A DNA stretch of 24,589 bases. Source: a virus (Duplodnaviria; Caudoviricetes). The stretch covers positions 1-24,589 of the IMG/VR virus record IMGVR_UViG_3300020042_002797; one strand, written 5' to 3'. The notes under the pieces are model-generated. The model was not told where the DNA came from. It did no database searches and saw only the letters and a program-made list of their open reading frames with translations. The position numbers and the translations under genes are program-made. Shown here piece by piece: positions 18,286 through 24,589 of this stretch. The first letter of the stretch is position 1. Every line of letters starts with the position of its first letter.

Positions 18286-18936
18286 TCAGAACGGAATGTC
18301 ATCATCCATGTCTTCAAACCCGTTGCTTGATTGCGGGGCAAAACGTTGTGGAACCTGCGTAATCTGCATCTTGGCTTTGTACTCAGGGGACTCCTGAATC
18401 TTCTTCTTGATGTTGTTGCTAAAGGTCTCAAACACCTGCATGTTGGGGTCATCAAACGACCACAGCAGCAAGTCGTTATGACCCTTGGGTAGGCCGTTCT
18501 TCTTGACCATCGCGGGCACTGAGTTGACATTGACAATGTTGGTGTACTCCTTGCCGTTGTTGCCCATCGCCTGCACCACAGAAATCATGGCCCATGCGCC
18601 CAACACGTTCTTCAATTCAAAGCCGCGCAACTCATCGGGTCGGAAGTCACGCCCACGCCACGATTGCAGGTCAGCACGCAGGGTGGCTTTCTCGGCCAAC
18701 GACAACGTGTAGTTCTTGCTGATGCTCATGGGCTTGCCGTCATCCATGCGGATGGGCTTGCCGCTGTCATCCTCGCCATGCACTTCAAACTGCATGATGA
18801 TTTTGCGCTGCATCTTTGACTGCCCTTGGAACTCCGTCTTCTGGGTGCCCAAGTCGATGATGCGGTAGCACCGTGCAAGGTGCATCCCCGCTGGTACGGG
18901 CTTAAAGTCGCCGCCGCCGCTGTCTGTCGCTATCAT
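18286..18936 (-). CDS. Phage ssDNA-binding-like replication/recombination protein
   Basis: PAGMHLARCYRIIDLGTQ N-terminus; acidic SSB-type tail DMDDDIPF; AGGAG RBS; adjacent to the exonuclease genes. Confidence 0.78.
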   Translation of the reverse strand: MIATDSGGGDFKPVPAGMHLARCYRIIDLGTQKTEFQGQSKMQRKIIMQFEVHGEDDSGKPIRMDDGKPMSISKNYTLSLAEKATLRADLQSWRGRDFRPDELRGFELKNVLGAWAMISVVQAMGNNGKEYTNIVNVNSVPAMVKKNGLPKGHNDLLLWSFDDPNMQVFETFSNNIKKKIQESPEYKAKMQITQVPQRFAPQSSNGFEDMDDDIPF

Positions 18937-18945
18937 TTTTTACTC

Positions 18946-19092
18946 CTAGTCAAGTTTGTGTTTGGGTTGAAGGCCAAGCTCTGCTCGAATCAAGTGCCAG
19001 TCATCCCACGTTGCTTTGCCTGCCTCGGCCCGGTCAATGGCCTCCTCAAGCATCTGTTCTCTCTCTACAGCAAGCTCTACGTATTCACTCAC
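18946..19092 (-). CDS. 48-aa hypothetical protein, not in the ORF track
   Basis: GGAG-N6-GTG start; MSEYVELAVEREQMLEEAIDRAEAGKATWDDWHLIRAELGLQPKHKLD*; its stop overlaps the RBS of the next gene. Confidence 0.7.
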   Translation of the reverse strand: MSEYVELAVEREQMLEEAIDRAEAGKATWDDWHLIRAELGLQPKHKLD

Positions 19093-19114
19093 AACACGCT
19101 CCAGAAAGTTAAAC

Positions 19115-19195
19115 AGGACTGCACTATAGCATGTTTAACTTGGTGTTCGACATCTTTCAAAAAATATTTTTTATATGGTATGATGGGGTGTTAAA
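19115..19195. promoter_or_regulatory. Divergent early promoter region
   Basis: Minus strand: TGc-TATAGT (19128-19123). Plus strand: TGg-TATGAT (19179-19184). Central palindrome AAAAAATATTTTTT at 19159-19172. Confidence 0.7.
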
Positions 19196-19201
19196 AAAAG
19201 G

Positions 19202-19408
19202 ATGCCACCAATGACACTCGTTGAGTATTTCCAGCCCCTCCCCCGTGGAGCCAAGTCAGCAATGGCTAAGGAGCTAGGCGTGACCAAAACATGGATTGCG
19301 CTGCTGATAGCTGGCACCCGCAGGCCCAGCGCAGCCCTTGCCGTACAAATCGAACAGTACACCCGCAAGGCAGTTAAAAAGCGAGAGCTGCGTCCTGATT
19401 TATTTTGA
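19202..19408 (+). CDS. Cro/YdaS-like HTH transcriptional regulator
   Basis: KSAMAKELGVTKTWIALLIAGTRRPS HTH and C-terminal ELRPDLF; first gene of the rightward operon. Confidence 0.88.
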   Translation: MPPMTLVEYFQPLPRGAKSAMAKELGVTKTWIALLIAGTRRPSAALAVQIEQYTRKAVKKRELRPDLF

Positions 19409-19423
19409 TGTTACACTAACTCT

Positions 19424-19476
19424 GACATGGCTAGGTTAGCTCCCGAAAAGACGTTTCGTTACCGTCCTGCCTTGTC
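19424..19476 (+). ncRNA. c4 antisense-like structured RNA
   Basis: Outer stem GACA-T-GGC/GCC-T-TGTC, internal TAGCTCCCGAAAA segment and a GACG/CGTC hairpin with loop TTTCGTTAC. An extended -10 (TGtTACACT, 19409-19417) would start transcription at about 19424. Confidence 0.6.
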
Positions 19477-19511
19477 TCCTCCTAGTAACGGCCAACAACG
19501 TAAGGTAACAA

Positions 19512-20162
19512 ATGAGCTTCCAAGCAATGACATGGGCAATAGAGCAGCCCTGCACCAGCGCAGGACAGAAACTGGTTCTGCTGATGCTGGCAAATCACTC
19601 GAACGGCCACACAGGCCAGTGCAACCCCAGCCACAAGCTCTTAGCGAAAGAGTGCGCGATGGGCGTATCAACTCTCAAGGGTCATCTCCTCGACCTACAA
19701 GGTGCTGGCTACTTGACCATCATCCACAAGTCGATGGAGGGCGTGTCCCTACCCAACCAGTACAAGCTCAACGGGGTGGGTCAGAATCTGACGGAGGGTA
19801 GGTCAGAAGCTGACCGGGGGGTGGGCCAGAATCTGGCTACAAAACAGGAAGTTCAACCTGTAAAAGAAACAAAGAATACAACGCCTGACGGCGTTACCGA
19901 TGATGTGTGGCGTGACTTTGTCAAGCTGCGCAATGCAAAGAAAAGTCCTATCACCCAGACAGCCTTGCGGGGTATTGAGCGTGAGGCCCAGAAAGCAGGC
20001 ATCAGCTTGCAGGAGGCTTTGGAGGCTTGCTGCCAACGCGGATGGGCGGGGTTCAAGGCTGAGTGGATGGACAAAGACCAGCCCAAGTACCAGCCAGCGC
20101 AATTGAGCGCAGCACGGGCTATCTTCGGAGACGAGCGAGGTGCATATGCAGCGCTTACCTGA
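19512..20162 (+). CDS. Phage replication initiator (lambda O-like, N-terminal winged HTH)
   Basis: KLVLLMLAN....GQCNPS...LA.EC.MG wHTH; internal iterons; C-terminal W.DF..LR..KK and RGWAGFKAEW motifs. Confidence 0.88.
   Translation: MSFQAMTWAIEQPCTSAGQKLVLLMLANHSNGHTGQCNPSHKLLAKECAMGVSTLKGHLLDLQGAGYLTIIHKSMEGVSLPNQYKLNGVGQNLTEGRSEADRGVGQNLATKQEVQPVKETKNTTPDGVTDDVWRDFVKLRNAKKSPITQTALRGIEREAQKAGISLQEALEACCQRGWAGFKAEWMDKDQPKYQPAQLSAARAIFGDERGAYAALT
19773..19881. promoter_or_regulatory. Putative replication origin: three 21-bp-period palindromic iterons plus an A-rich tract
   Basis: GTCAGAATCTGAC, GGTCAGAAGCTGACC and GCCAGAATCTGGC, each preceded by GGGT(G/A)G, then AAAACAGGAAG...TAAAAGAAACAAAGAATACAA. 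Confidence 0.75.
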
Positions 20163-20505
20163 AGGCTGGATTCAGAGAGTCTTTGCGACCATGCAGGGAC
20201 ATTACGGCACCCGATTCTTAAACATGTGGAAGACGGGTCAGGTTCTGGCCGACGGTACGGACGCTGGTGTTGTCAACGCGATGAACCACTGGTCAGAGAA
20301 GATGGCTGGCGTGAGCGCTGCGACTATCAAGCGTGCGTTAGAGCAGCTACCAGAGGAGCCACCTACCCTGCCGCAGTTCCTGTCCTTGCTGCGCCGCTCC
20401 TATGTTGAGCCAGACACCTTACGGCTGGAGAACAAGCTCACCGCCGAGCAGATGGCAAAGAACAAGCGGCGAATTGCTGAGTTGATTGCAAAGGTGCGGG
20501 CGTGA
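20146..20505 (+). CDS. Replication protein P-like helicase loader
   Basis: Directly follows the initiator; YGTRF...W and PPTLPQF motifs; GAGG RBS before ATG20146. Confidence 0.72.
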   Translation: MQRLPEGWIQRVFATMQGHYGTRFLNMWKTGQVLADGTDAGVVNAMNHWSEKMAGVSAATIKRALEQLPEEPPTLPQFLSLLRRSYVEPDTLRLENKLTAEQMAKNKRRIAELIAKVRA

Positions 20506-20840
20506 GGAAGCCACGCGCCAAAAAGCAGGTATCTATCTGGGTGGAGGAAGACCATGTACGGATACAGCAAGACCCGGCGGTCATCCAGTACATGCGTGAG
20601 TGCGAGGCCCGTGAGTGGATAACGAGGGTCAACCAGAAGGAGAGCGGAGTTGGAATTGGAGAAACGCAAAAATGGTGGTACGACCTCAAAGAAAGAATGG
20701 AAACATCACGGGGCAAGCCTGCTGTTAACGAGTTGATAAAACAAATGAAACTGGAGCAAATCAATGCAAGAAAATCCGTTCAAAAAAAATGTGTTCAATC
20801 AGACTCTGTTCACCCAGCAGGAGTTCAACGAAGCGCTTGA
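20502..20840 (+). CDS. Hypothetical phage protein
   Basis: GTGA overlap with the upstream gene; RECEAREW motif; the 3' end overlaps the next ORF by 77 nt. Confidence 0.65.
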   Translation: MRKPRAKKQVSIWVEEDHVRIQQDPAVIQYMRECEAREWITRVNQKESGVGIGETQKWWYDLKERMETSRGKPAVNELIKQMKLEQINARKSVQKKCVQSDSVHPAGVQRSA

Positions 20841-20997
20841 GGACGTGAAGAAGGAAATCATGGCCTACGCCATGCAAGCCACCATGATGGCAATCATGCT
20901 TGAGCGAGAAGCCTGCGCCAAGATGGCCGACGAGTGCGTGAACATCGAAGAGCTTGGCGACGCCATCCGCAATCGCATCCCGGAGCAGCGCCAATGA
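20764..20997 (+). CDS. Hypothetical phage protein
   Basis: GGAG RBS; EREACAK...AIRNR is a common phage motif; ATGA overlap with rusA. Confidence 0.7.
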   Translation: MQENPFKKNVFNQTLFTQQEFNEALEDVKKEIMAYAMQATMMAIMLEREACAKMADECVNIEELGDAIRNRIPEQRQ

Positions 20998-21347
20998 TGC
21001 CTCTGCAAATCACTTTGCCGTGGCCTCCATCGGTCAACACCTACTGGCGCACCGTCAACGGGCGGATGCTCATCTCTGCTGATGGCCGCGCATATCGCAA
21101 GGCTGTGGCCGACCAGATGTTGATACAACGTGCCCAGAAGCACTTTGATGGGCCTTTGAACTTTACGGTGGAGGCTCACCGCCCGGACAACCGCCGACGC
21201 GATTTAGACAACCTCCTGAAGGCCACGTTGGACTCTCTGGCCCACGCCGGGGTGTACGAAGACGACTCGCAGATACACGACCTGCGCATTTACTGGGCAC
21301 CCGACATCGGCGGAATGCTGAAAATCACAATTGAGGAGATGGAATGA
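20994..21347 (+). CDS. rusA: RusA-family Holliday junction resolvase
   Basis: LPWPPSVNTYWR, RRRDLDNLLKATLDSL and EDDSQI motifs. Confidence 0.93.
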   Translation: MMPLQITLPWPPSVNTYWRTVNGRMLISADGRAYRKAVADQMLIQRAQKHFDGPLNFTVEAHRPDNRRRDLDNLLKATLDSLAHAGVYEDDSQIHDLRIYWAPDIGGMLKITIEEME

Positions 21348-21673
21348 GAGAAGTTGACCCAAATGAGGCGGTGGACTACATCCTTATCCACGGCAAGCGG
21401 TTTGCAAAGGCACGAGCCGAGCGCACCTACATAGAAGAGTACCGCAAGAGCCTAAAGGCCATCCTGATGAAACGCAGTGGCGAGAAAGTGATTGCAGCAC
21501 AGGAGCGGGATGCTTATGCCCACGATGAATACTTGCAGCTACTGGACGGCTTGAGGGCCGCTGTGGAAATTGAAGAGAAGCTCCGCTGGGACTTGATTGG
21601 CGCACAAGCCCGAGTGGAAATATGGCGGACGCAATCTGCAAATGACCGAGCAGAAGGAAAGGCAACATTGTGA
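21344..21673 (+). CDS. Conserved helical phage protein
   Basis: 109 aa; GAGGAG RBS; AQERDAYA and EIWRTQSANDR; coupled to rusA. Confidence 0.78.
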   Translation: MREVDPNEAVDYILIHGKRFAKARAERTYIEEYRKSLKAILMKRSGEKVIAAQERDAYAHDEYLQLLDGLRAAVEIEEKLRWDLIGAQARVEIWRTQSANDRAEGKATL

Positions 21674-21882
21674 TTCAAGTAATCTACATTCCCATCCTTT
21701 TTGTATGCATGAACGGCAACTGCGAGTTTGCGCAATCGATGAAGTATTTCACCCGCGAGTCCGAGTGCCGCGTTGCGGTGGAGTCGCAGAAAGAAAACCT
21801 ACGCAAGATGTCCCTCAAGGGCAACGCAATGATTACTCAGCTTGAAGGCACCTGCATAACTTTACGGAATGGAGTGCTATGA
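21670..21882 (+). CDS. Small Cys-containing hypothetical protein with a hydrophobic N-terminus
   Basis: 70 aa with four Cys; overlapping start and stop with its neighbours. Confidence 0.6.
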   Translation: MIQVIYIPILFVCMNGNCEFAQSMKYFTRESECRVAVESQKENLRKMSLKGNAMITQLEGTCITLRNGVL

Positions 21883-22199
21883 AAACACCTGAAGACGAGG
21901 CGTTTGATGAACTTGCCCAGCGGCAGGGTAGCTGGGGCGGTGGCTTTCAAGCTAAGAGGGCTATGGCTGCGGACAAGTTGCAAGACGGTAAATGCAGGTT
22001 GTGCATTGACGGATGTGCGGCTTGTGATGCTAGGTCACAACCAGCGCAGGAGCCTGACATGCTGACCATTGCTTACCAAAGCGGTTATTACGACGGTAAG
22101 AAGGCAGCACTGGCTGGGCGGGAGTGGAACTTCTGCGAACGCTGCGGCAAGCGCACAAAAGACATGACCACCATCCACACCTGCACACCACCTCAATGA
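21879..22199 (+). CDS. Hypothetical protein with Cys/His zinc-binding motifs
   Basis: CRLC..GCAAC and FCERCGK...IHTC; GGAG RBS. Confidence 0.7.
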   Translation: MKTPEDEAFDELAQRQGSWGGGFQAKRAMAADKLQDGKCRLCIDGCAACDARSQPAQEPDMLTIAYQSGYYDGKKAALAGREWNFCERCGKRTKDMTTIHTCTPPQ

Positions 22200-22447
22200 A
22201 TGAGCGCTACAAACCTAAACCACCCACCATTCGAGCGCTACTGCGGGAACATGCAGACGGCCTTTGTGTGTCTGACATCTGCGCTAGAACGGGCATCGAA
22301 ATGAAGGTGGCTAGAGCGTGCCTCAAGAAGATGGAGGACGCCTACATAGACCGATGGTTGGGAGGCGGTTACCAACGCCCGTCAGAGGCCATCTGGTGCG
22401 TGGTGTTAGTCCCGGAAAACTGCCCCCGCCCAAAGAAGAATAAATGA
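22196..22447 (+). CDS. Putative winged-HTH DNA-binding protein
   Basis: ATG22196 (ATGA overlap); IRALLREHADGLCVSDICARTG...YIDRW. Confidence 0.68.
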   Translation: MNERYKPKPPTIRALLREHADGLCVSDICARTGIEMKVARACLKKMEDAYIDRWLGGGYQRPSEAIWCVVLVPENCPRPKKNK

Positions 22448-22749
22448 CCACCAAGGACGAACAGCGTCACATGTCCCTTGTGGCCGAGCTTGGCTGCGCC
22501 GTGTGCAGAAGGATGGGCTATGAGGGCACCCCGGCAGAACTACATCACCCAAGGGCCGGGACAGGGGCTGGGAGACGCGCCAGCCACATGGATGTCATAC
22601 CCTTATGCCCAGAGCATCACCAAGGCAAGACGGGCGTCCACGGACTGGGAACCAAGGGATTCCCCAAGCACTGGGGGTACGGGGAGGCCGAGCTTCTGGA
22701 GGACACCAGAGCAGAATTGAGAAAACTAATCGGTTTGAGAATCCAATAG
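22444..22749 (+). CDS. ref: Ref-family recombination enhancement (RecA-dependent HNH) nuclease
   Basis: LGCAVC, AELHH.R.G.G.GRRASH and IPLCPEHH motifs, with GVHG. Confidence 0.87.
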   Translation: MTTKDEQRHMSLVAELGCAVCRRMGYEGTPAELHHPRAGTGAGRRASHMDVIPLCPEHHQGKTGVHGLGTKGFPKHWGYGEAELLEDTRAELRKLIGLRIQ

Positions 22750-22759
22750 AAAAAATTGT

Positions 22760-22850
22760 GAAATATTTTTGAGAGAGATGGTTTTTAGTGTAATTTGCAG
22801 TTACACTACAGGCACTGACCAAGCAATAGTGCAAGGCAGGTAACAAGGAA
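22760..22850 (+). promoter_or_regulatory. Putative early promoter with leader hairpin
   Basis: AAATATTT at 22761-22768; TACACT at 22802-22807; leader CACTG...GCAATA...GCAGGTAACA followed by an AAGGA RBS. Confidence 0.6.
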
Positions 22851-22856
22851 AACATC

Positions 22857-23165
22857 ATGCAAGTCTCTCAAGTCGAAATGTCCGCAGTCTCCACCAGCAA
22901 CGTGGATACCCTCGGTGCCCTCCTCGCGCAAATCGCCGAACTGACCAAGCAAGCTGACGCCATCAAGGACGGCATCAAAGACAGCGCCAGCATGGGCGGC
23001 GACAAGGTTGTCGAAGGCTCTTTGTTCAAAGCTACCTACAGCGAATCCAATCGCTCCACCGTTGACCACAAAGCCCTGTACGCAGCGCTCGGCATCACTG
23101 CTGACCAAGTGGCTCAGTACACCAAGACCACCGCAGTGTTCACTGTCAAGGTCACATCACGTTAA
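22857..23165 (+). CDS. Hypothetical phage early protein
   Basis: 102 aa with an AAGGA RBS; VDTLGALLAQIAEL helix and strongly C-biased third codon positions. Confidence 0.8.
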   Translation: MQVSQVEMSAVSTSNVDTLGALLAQIAELTKQADAIKDGIKDSASMGGDKVVEGSLFKATYSESNRSTVDHKALYAALGITADQVAQYTKTTAVFTVKVTSR

Positions 23166-23174
23166 TCAACCAAC

Positions 23175-23188
23175 GGGGCTTCGGCCCC
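23175..23188 (+). other. cUUCGg tetraloop hairpin (stabiliser or weak terminator)
   Basis: Intergenic GGGGC-TTCG-GCCCC; no U-tract follows on the + strand. Confidence 0.6.
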
Positions 23189-23202
23189 AGAAAGAACTCA
23201 CC

Positions 23203-23484
23203 ATGAAAACCACTATCACCGCGCACTTGCACTACAGAAAATATGACTTTGACGAGAAGGGGACGTTTGAGCTTTTTGCCGTCAGTCTGGGTGACTCTGA
23301 TGGCAGAACCTATATCGGCCCACGCGAAGTTGAGGTTGATGTGCCTGAAGACTATGACCCACGCGCACAGCAGATTGCCGCGTTGGAAAAGCAAAAGCAA
23401 AAGGTGATGGCTGACTTTCAGAAAACCATCACCGAAATCAACGCCCGCATCAGCAACCTACAAGCATTGGAGTACACAGCATGA
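23203..23484 (+). CDS. Hypothetical phage protein
   Basis: ATG23203 after AGAAAGAA; 93 aa with a beta-rich N-half and a coiled-coil C-half. Confidence 0.75.
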   Translation: MKTTITAHLHYRKYDFDEKGTFELFAVSLGDSDGRTYIGPREVEVDVPEDYDPRAQQIAALEKQKQKVMADFQKTITEINARISNLQALEYTA

Positions 23485-23867
23485 CACAAAAAACCAAGGA
23501 AGAGTTGCTTGATTTTTTTGCAATGGAGGCTATGAAGTCGCTTGTGTCGCGGGCCAGTGGGTTAATGAACGCATACAACTTGGCTGGGGAGGCTTTTGTC
23601 ATTGCCGAGCAAATGGTTGAGCGCCGACAAAAAATATTGCATCAATGGGCGCTGGCTGAAGACGTTGTGCAGCGCGGTATTGAAGAACTAAATCTTACAG
23701 CTAGGACGGTGCGGTGCTTAAAGGCCGAGGGCGTTTTTACGCTACAGCAATTGCAAAGTTGCACTGAAGGAAAGTTGTTGAGAATGCCAAATTTTGGACG
23801 TAAAAGTCTCAATGAAATTATTGAACAAATGGCCTCTTTTGGCTACAAACTAAGGGATTACACATGA
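23481..23867 (+). CDS. Phage protein with a C-terminal RNA polymerase alpha-subunit CTD domain
   Basis: IEELNLTARTVRCLKAEG...TEGKLLRMPNFGRKSLNEI aligns without gaps to RpoA VDDLELTVRSANCLKAEA...TEVELLKTPNLGKKSLTEI. Confidence 0.9.
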   Translation: MTQKTKEELLDFFAMEAMKSLVSRASGLMNAYNLAGEAFVIAEQMVERRQKILHQWALAEDVVQRGIEELNLTARTVRCLKAEGVFTLQQLQSCTEGKLLRMPNFGRKSLNEIIEQMASFGYKLRDYT

Positions 23868-24172
23868 ACGACCACATTGTCATCAACGTTGATACGGGCG
23901 AGTACGAGTGCCAGCACTGCGGTGCCACTCATTCCCCGCCCAAGATGCCCGTGCCCATCGACAGCCTGCTAGACCACATGGACATGTTCACTGCTGCCCA
24001 TCAGGACTGCAAGGCGTCTACTGAGGCATCCCCACCGCCCACTGAGTACGAGCAGGGCTTCGAGGCGGGCGTAGGGTTCATCCTGAACGCTTTCGAGCAG
24101 CAGATGGGCCTACCCCCTTACGATGAGCACACAGACATCCTAAAGCGCCTGCTGGACTATCTCAAGCACTAG
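23864..24172 (+). CDS. Hypothetical protein with a CxxC...HxxC zinc motif
   Basis: YECQHCG and HQDC; ATGA overlap with the upstream gene. Confidence 0.7.
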   Translation: MNDHIVINVDTGEYECQHCGATHSPPKMPVPIDSLLDHMDMFTAAHQDCKASTEASPPPTEYEQGFEAGVGFILNAFEQQMGLPPYDEHTDILKRLLDYLKH

Positions 24173-24270
24173 GGAAACTACCTAGAAAATATTTTGGTTG
24201 GAAGTGTTGATGTTGTTTAATTTAGTGTTACACTTCCAATCACTGCAATAAGCAGGTAACACAGAAAGAC
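24169..24270 (+). promoter_or_regulatory. Putative early promoter with leader hairpin
   Basis: CTAGG-N7-CCTAG (24169-24185), AAAATATTTT (24186-24195), TTGATG-16-TACACT with an extended TG, and leader CACTGCAATAAGCAGGTAACA. Confidence 0.65.
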
Positions 24271-24276
24271 AGCGAA

Positions 24277-24589
24277 ATGGAATATCAATACAACGATGGA
24301 GGCCGAGAGGCCGCAGGCTTCAAGGGCAAAGCAGGTGACTGCGTGGCTCGTGCAATAGCAGTTGCCTCTGGCCTGCCATATGCTGAGGTGTACGCGGCTC
24401 TTGCTAAGGGCACAGGAAGCCAGACAGCAGGCAAGCGTGGCAAGCGCTCCGCATCCGCCCGTAGTGGCATCAGCGTGACGCGCAAGTGGTTCAAGGACTA
24501 CATGGCCTCGATTGGCTTTGTGTGGACGCCAACGATGGGTATTGGCACTGGGTGCAAAGTCATATTTTCTGTAGTGCAAGTGCGCGGTG
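24277..24589 (+). CDS. Conserved phage protein with a GDCVARAIA motif (possible papain-like Cys-protease fold); 3' truncated or chimeric
   Basis: Not in the ORF track because it has no stop: MEYQYNDGGREAAGFKGKAGDCVARAIAVASGLPYAEVY...MGIGTGCKV. Confidence 0.75.
   Translation, partial: MEYQYNDGGREAAGFKGKAGDCVARAIAVASGLPYAEVYAALAKGTGSQTAGKRGKRSASARSGISVTRKWFKDYMASIGFVWTPTMGIGTGCKVIFSVVQVRG
24555..24589 (-). repeat. 35-bp perfect inverted copy of 23217-23251
   Basis: CAAAGTCATATTTTCTGTAGTGCAAGTGCGCGGTG is the reverse complement of CACCGCGCACTTGCACTACAGAAAATATGACTTTG. Confidence 0.95.

Noticed and set aside
19427-19801. 124-aa ORF overlapping the initiator
   Set aside because: It has no clear RBS and runs through the structured RNA and out of frame over the initiator. 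A short leader-peptide role cannot be excluded but is unsupported.
23175-23188. Rho-independent terminator call
   Set aside because: The hairpin is strong but is followed by AGAAAGA instead of a U-tract, so it is kept only as a hairpin.
23481-23867. Host rpoA gene or host contamination
   Set aside because: Only the CTD is present, fused to a phage-type N-terminus and coupled by ATGA overlaps to phage genes; there is no ribosomal-protein operon context.

Overview
About 24.6 kb of a tailed dsDNA bacteriophage genome. The structural module is podovirus-like and the early module is lambdoid-like. Gene style resembles uncultured freshwater proteobacterial phages, but the host is inferred, not shown. 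Positions 1-16587 (+) carry small tail-associated genes, a lysis cassette (several membrane proteins, a holin and a GH108 endolysin), a head-tail adaptor, tail and nozzle proteins, and four large internal virion/ejection proteins, the last with a lytic transglycosylase domain. Positions 16550-19092 (-) carry an exonuclease/SSB-like recombination operon. Positions 19202-24589 (+) carry a Cro-like HTH, a c4-like structured RNA, an O/P-like replication pair with iterons, RusA, Ref nuclease and small early genes. No integrase, CI repressor, capsid, terminase, tRNA or CRISPR array was recognised in the window. The main observations are: (1) a 5x111 bp + 5x144 bp repeat block in the nozzle gene that reads as a domain inserted recursively into itself; (2) a phage-encoded RNA polymerase alpha-CTD fusion together with three promoters that share an identically placed AAATATTT UP-like palindrome; (3) a lysis-region gene split at an in-frame A_AAA_AAG -1 slippery site; (4) a c4-like RNA with candidate targets at ribosome-binding sites; (5) an intergenic H-type pseudoknot. 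The last 35 nt are an inverted copy of 23217-23251 and are probably a chimera. All family assignments come from motif recognition by eye, not from database searches.
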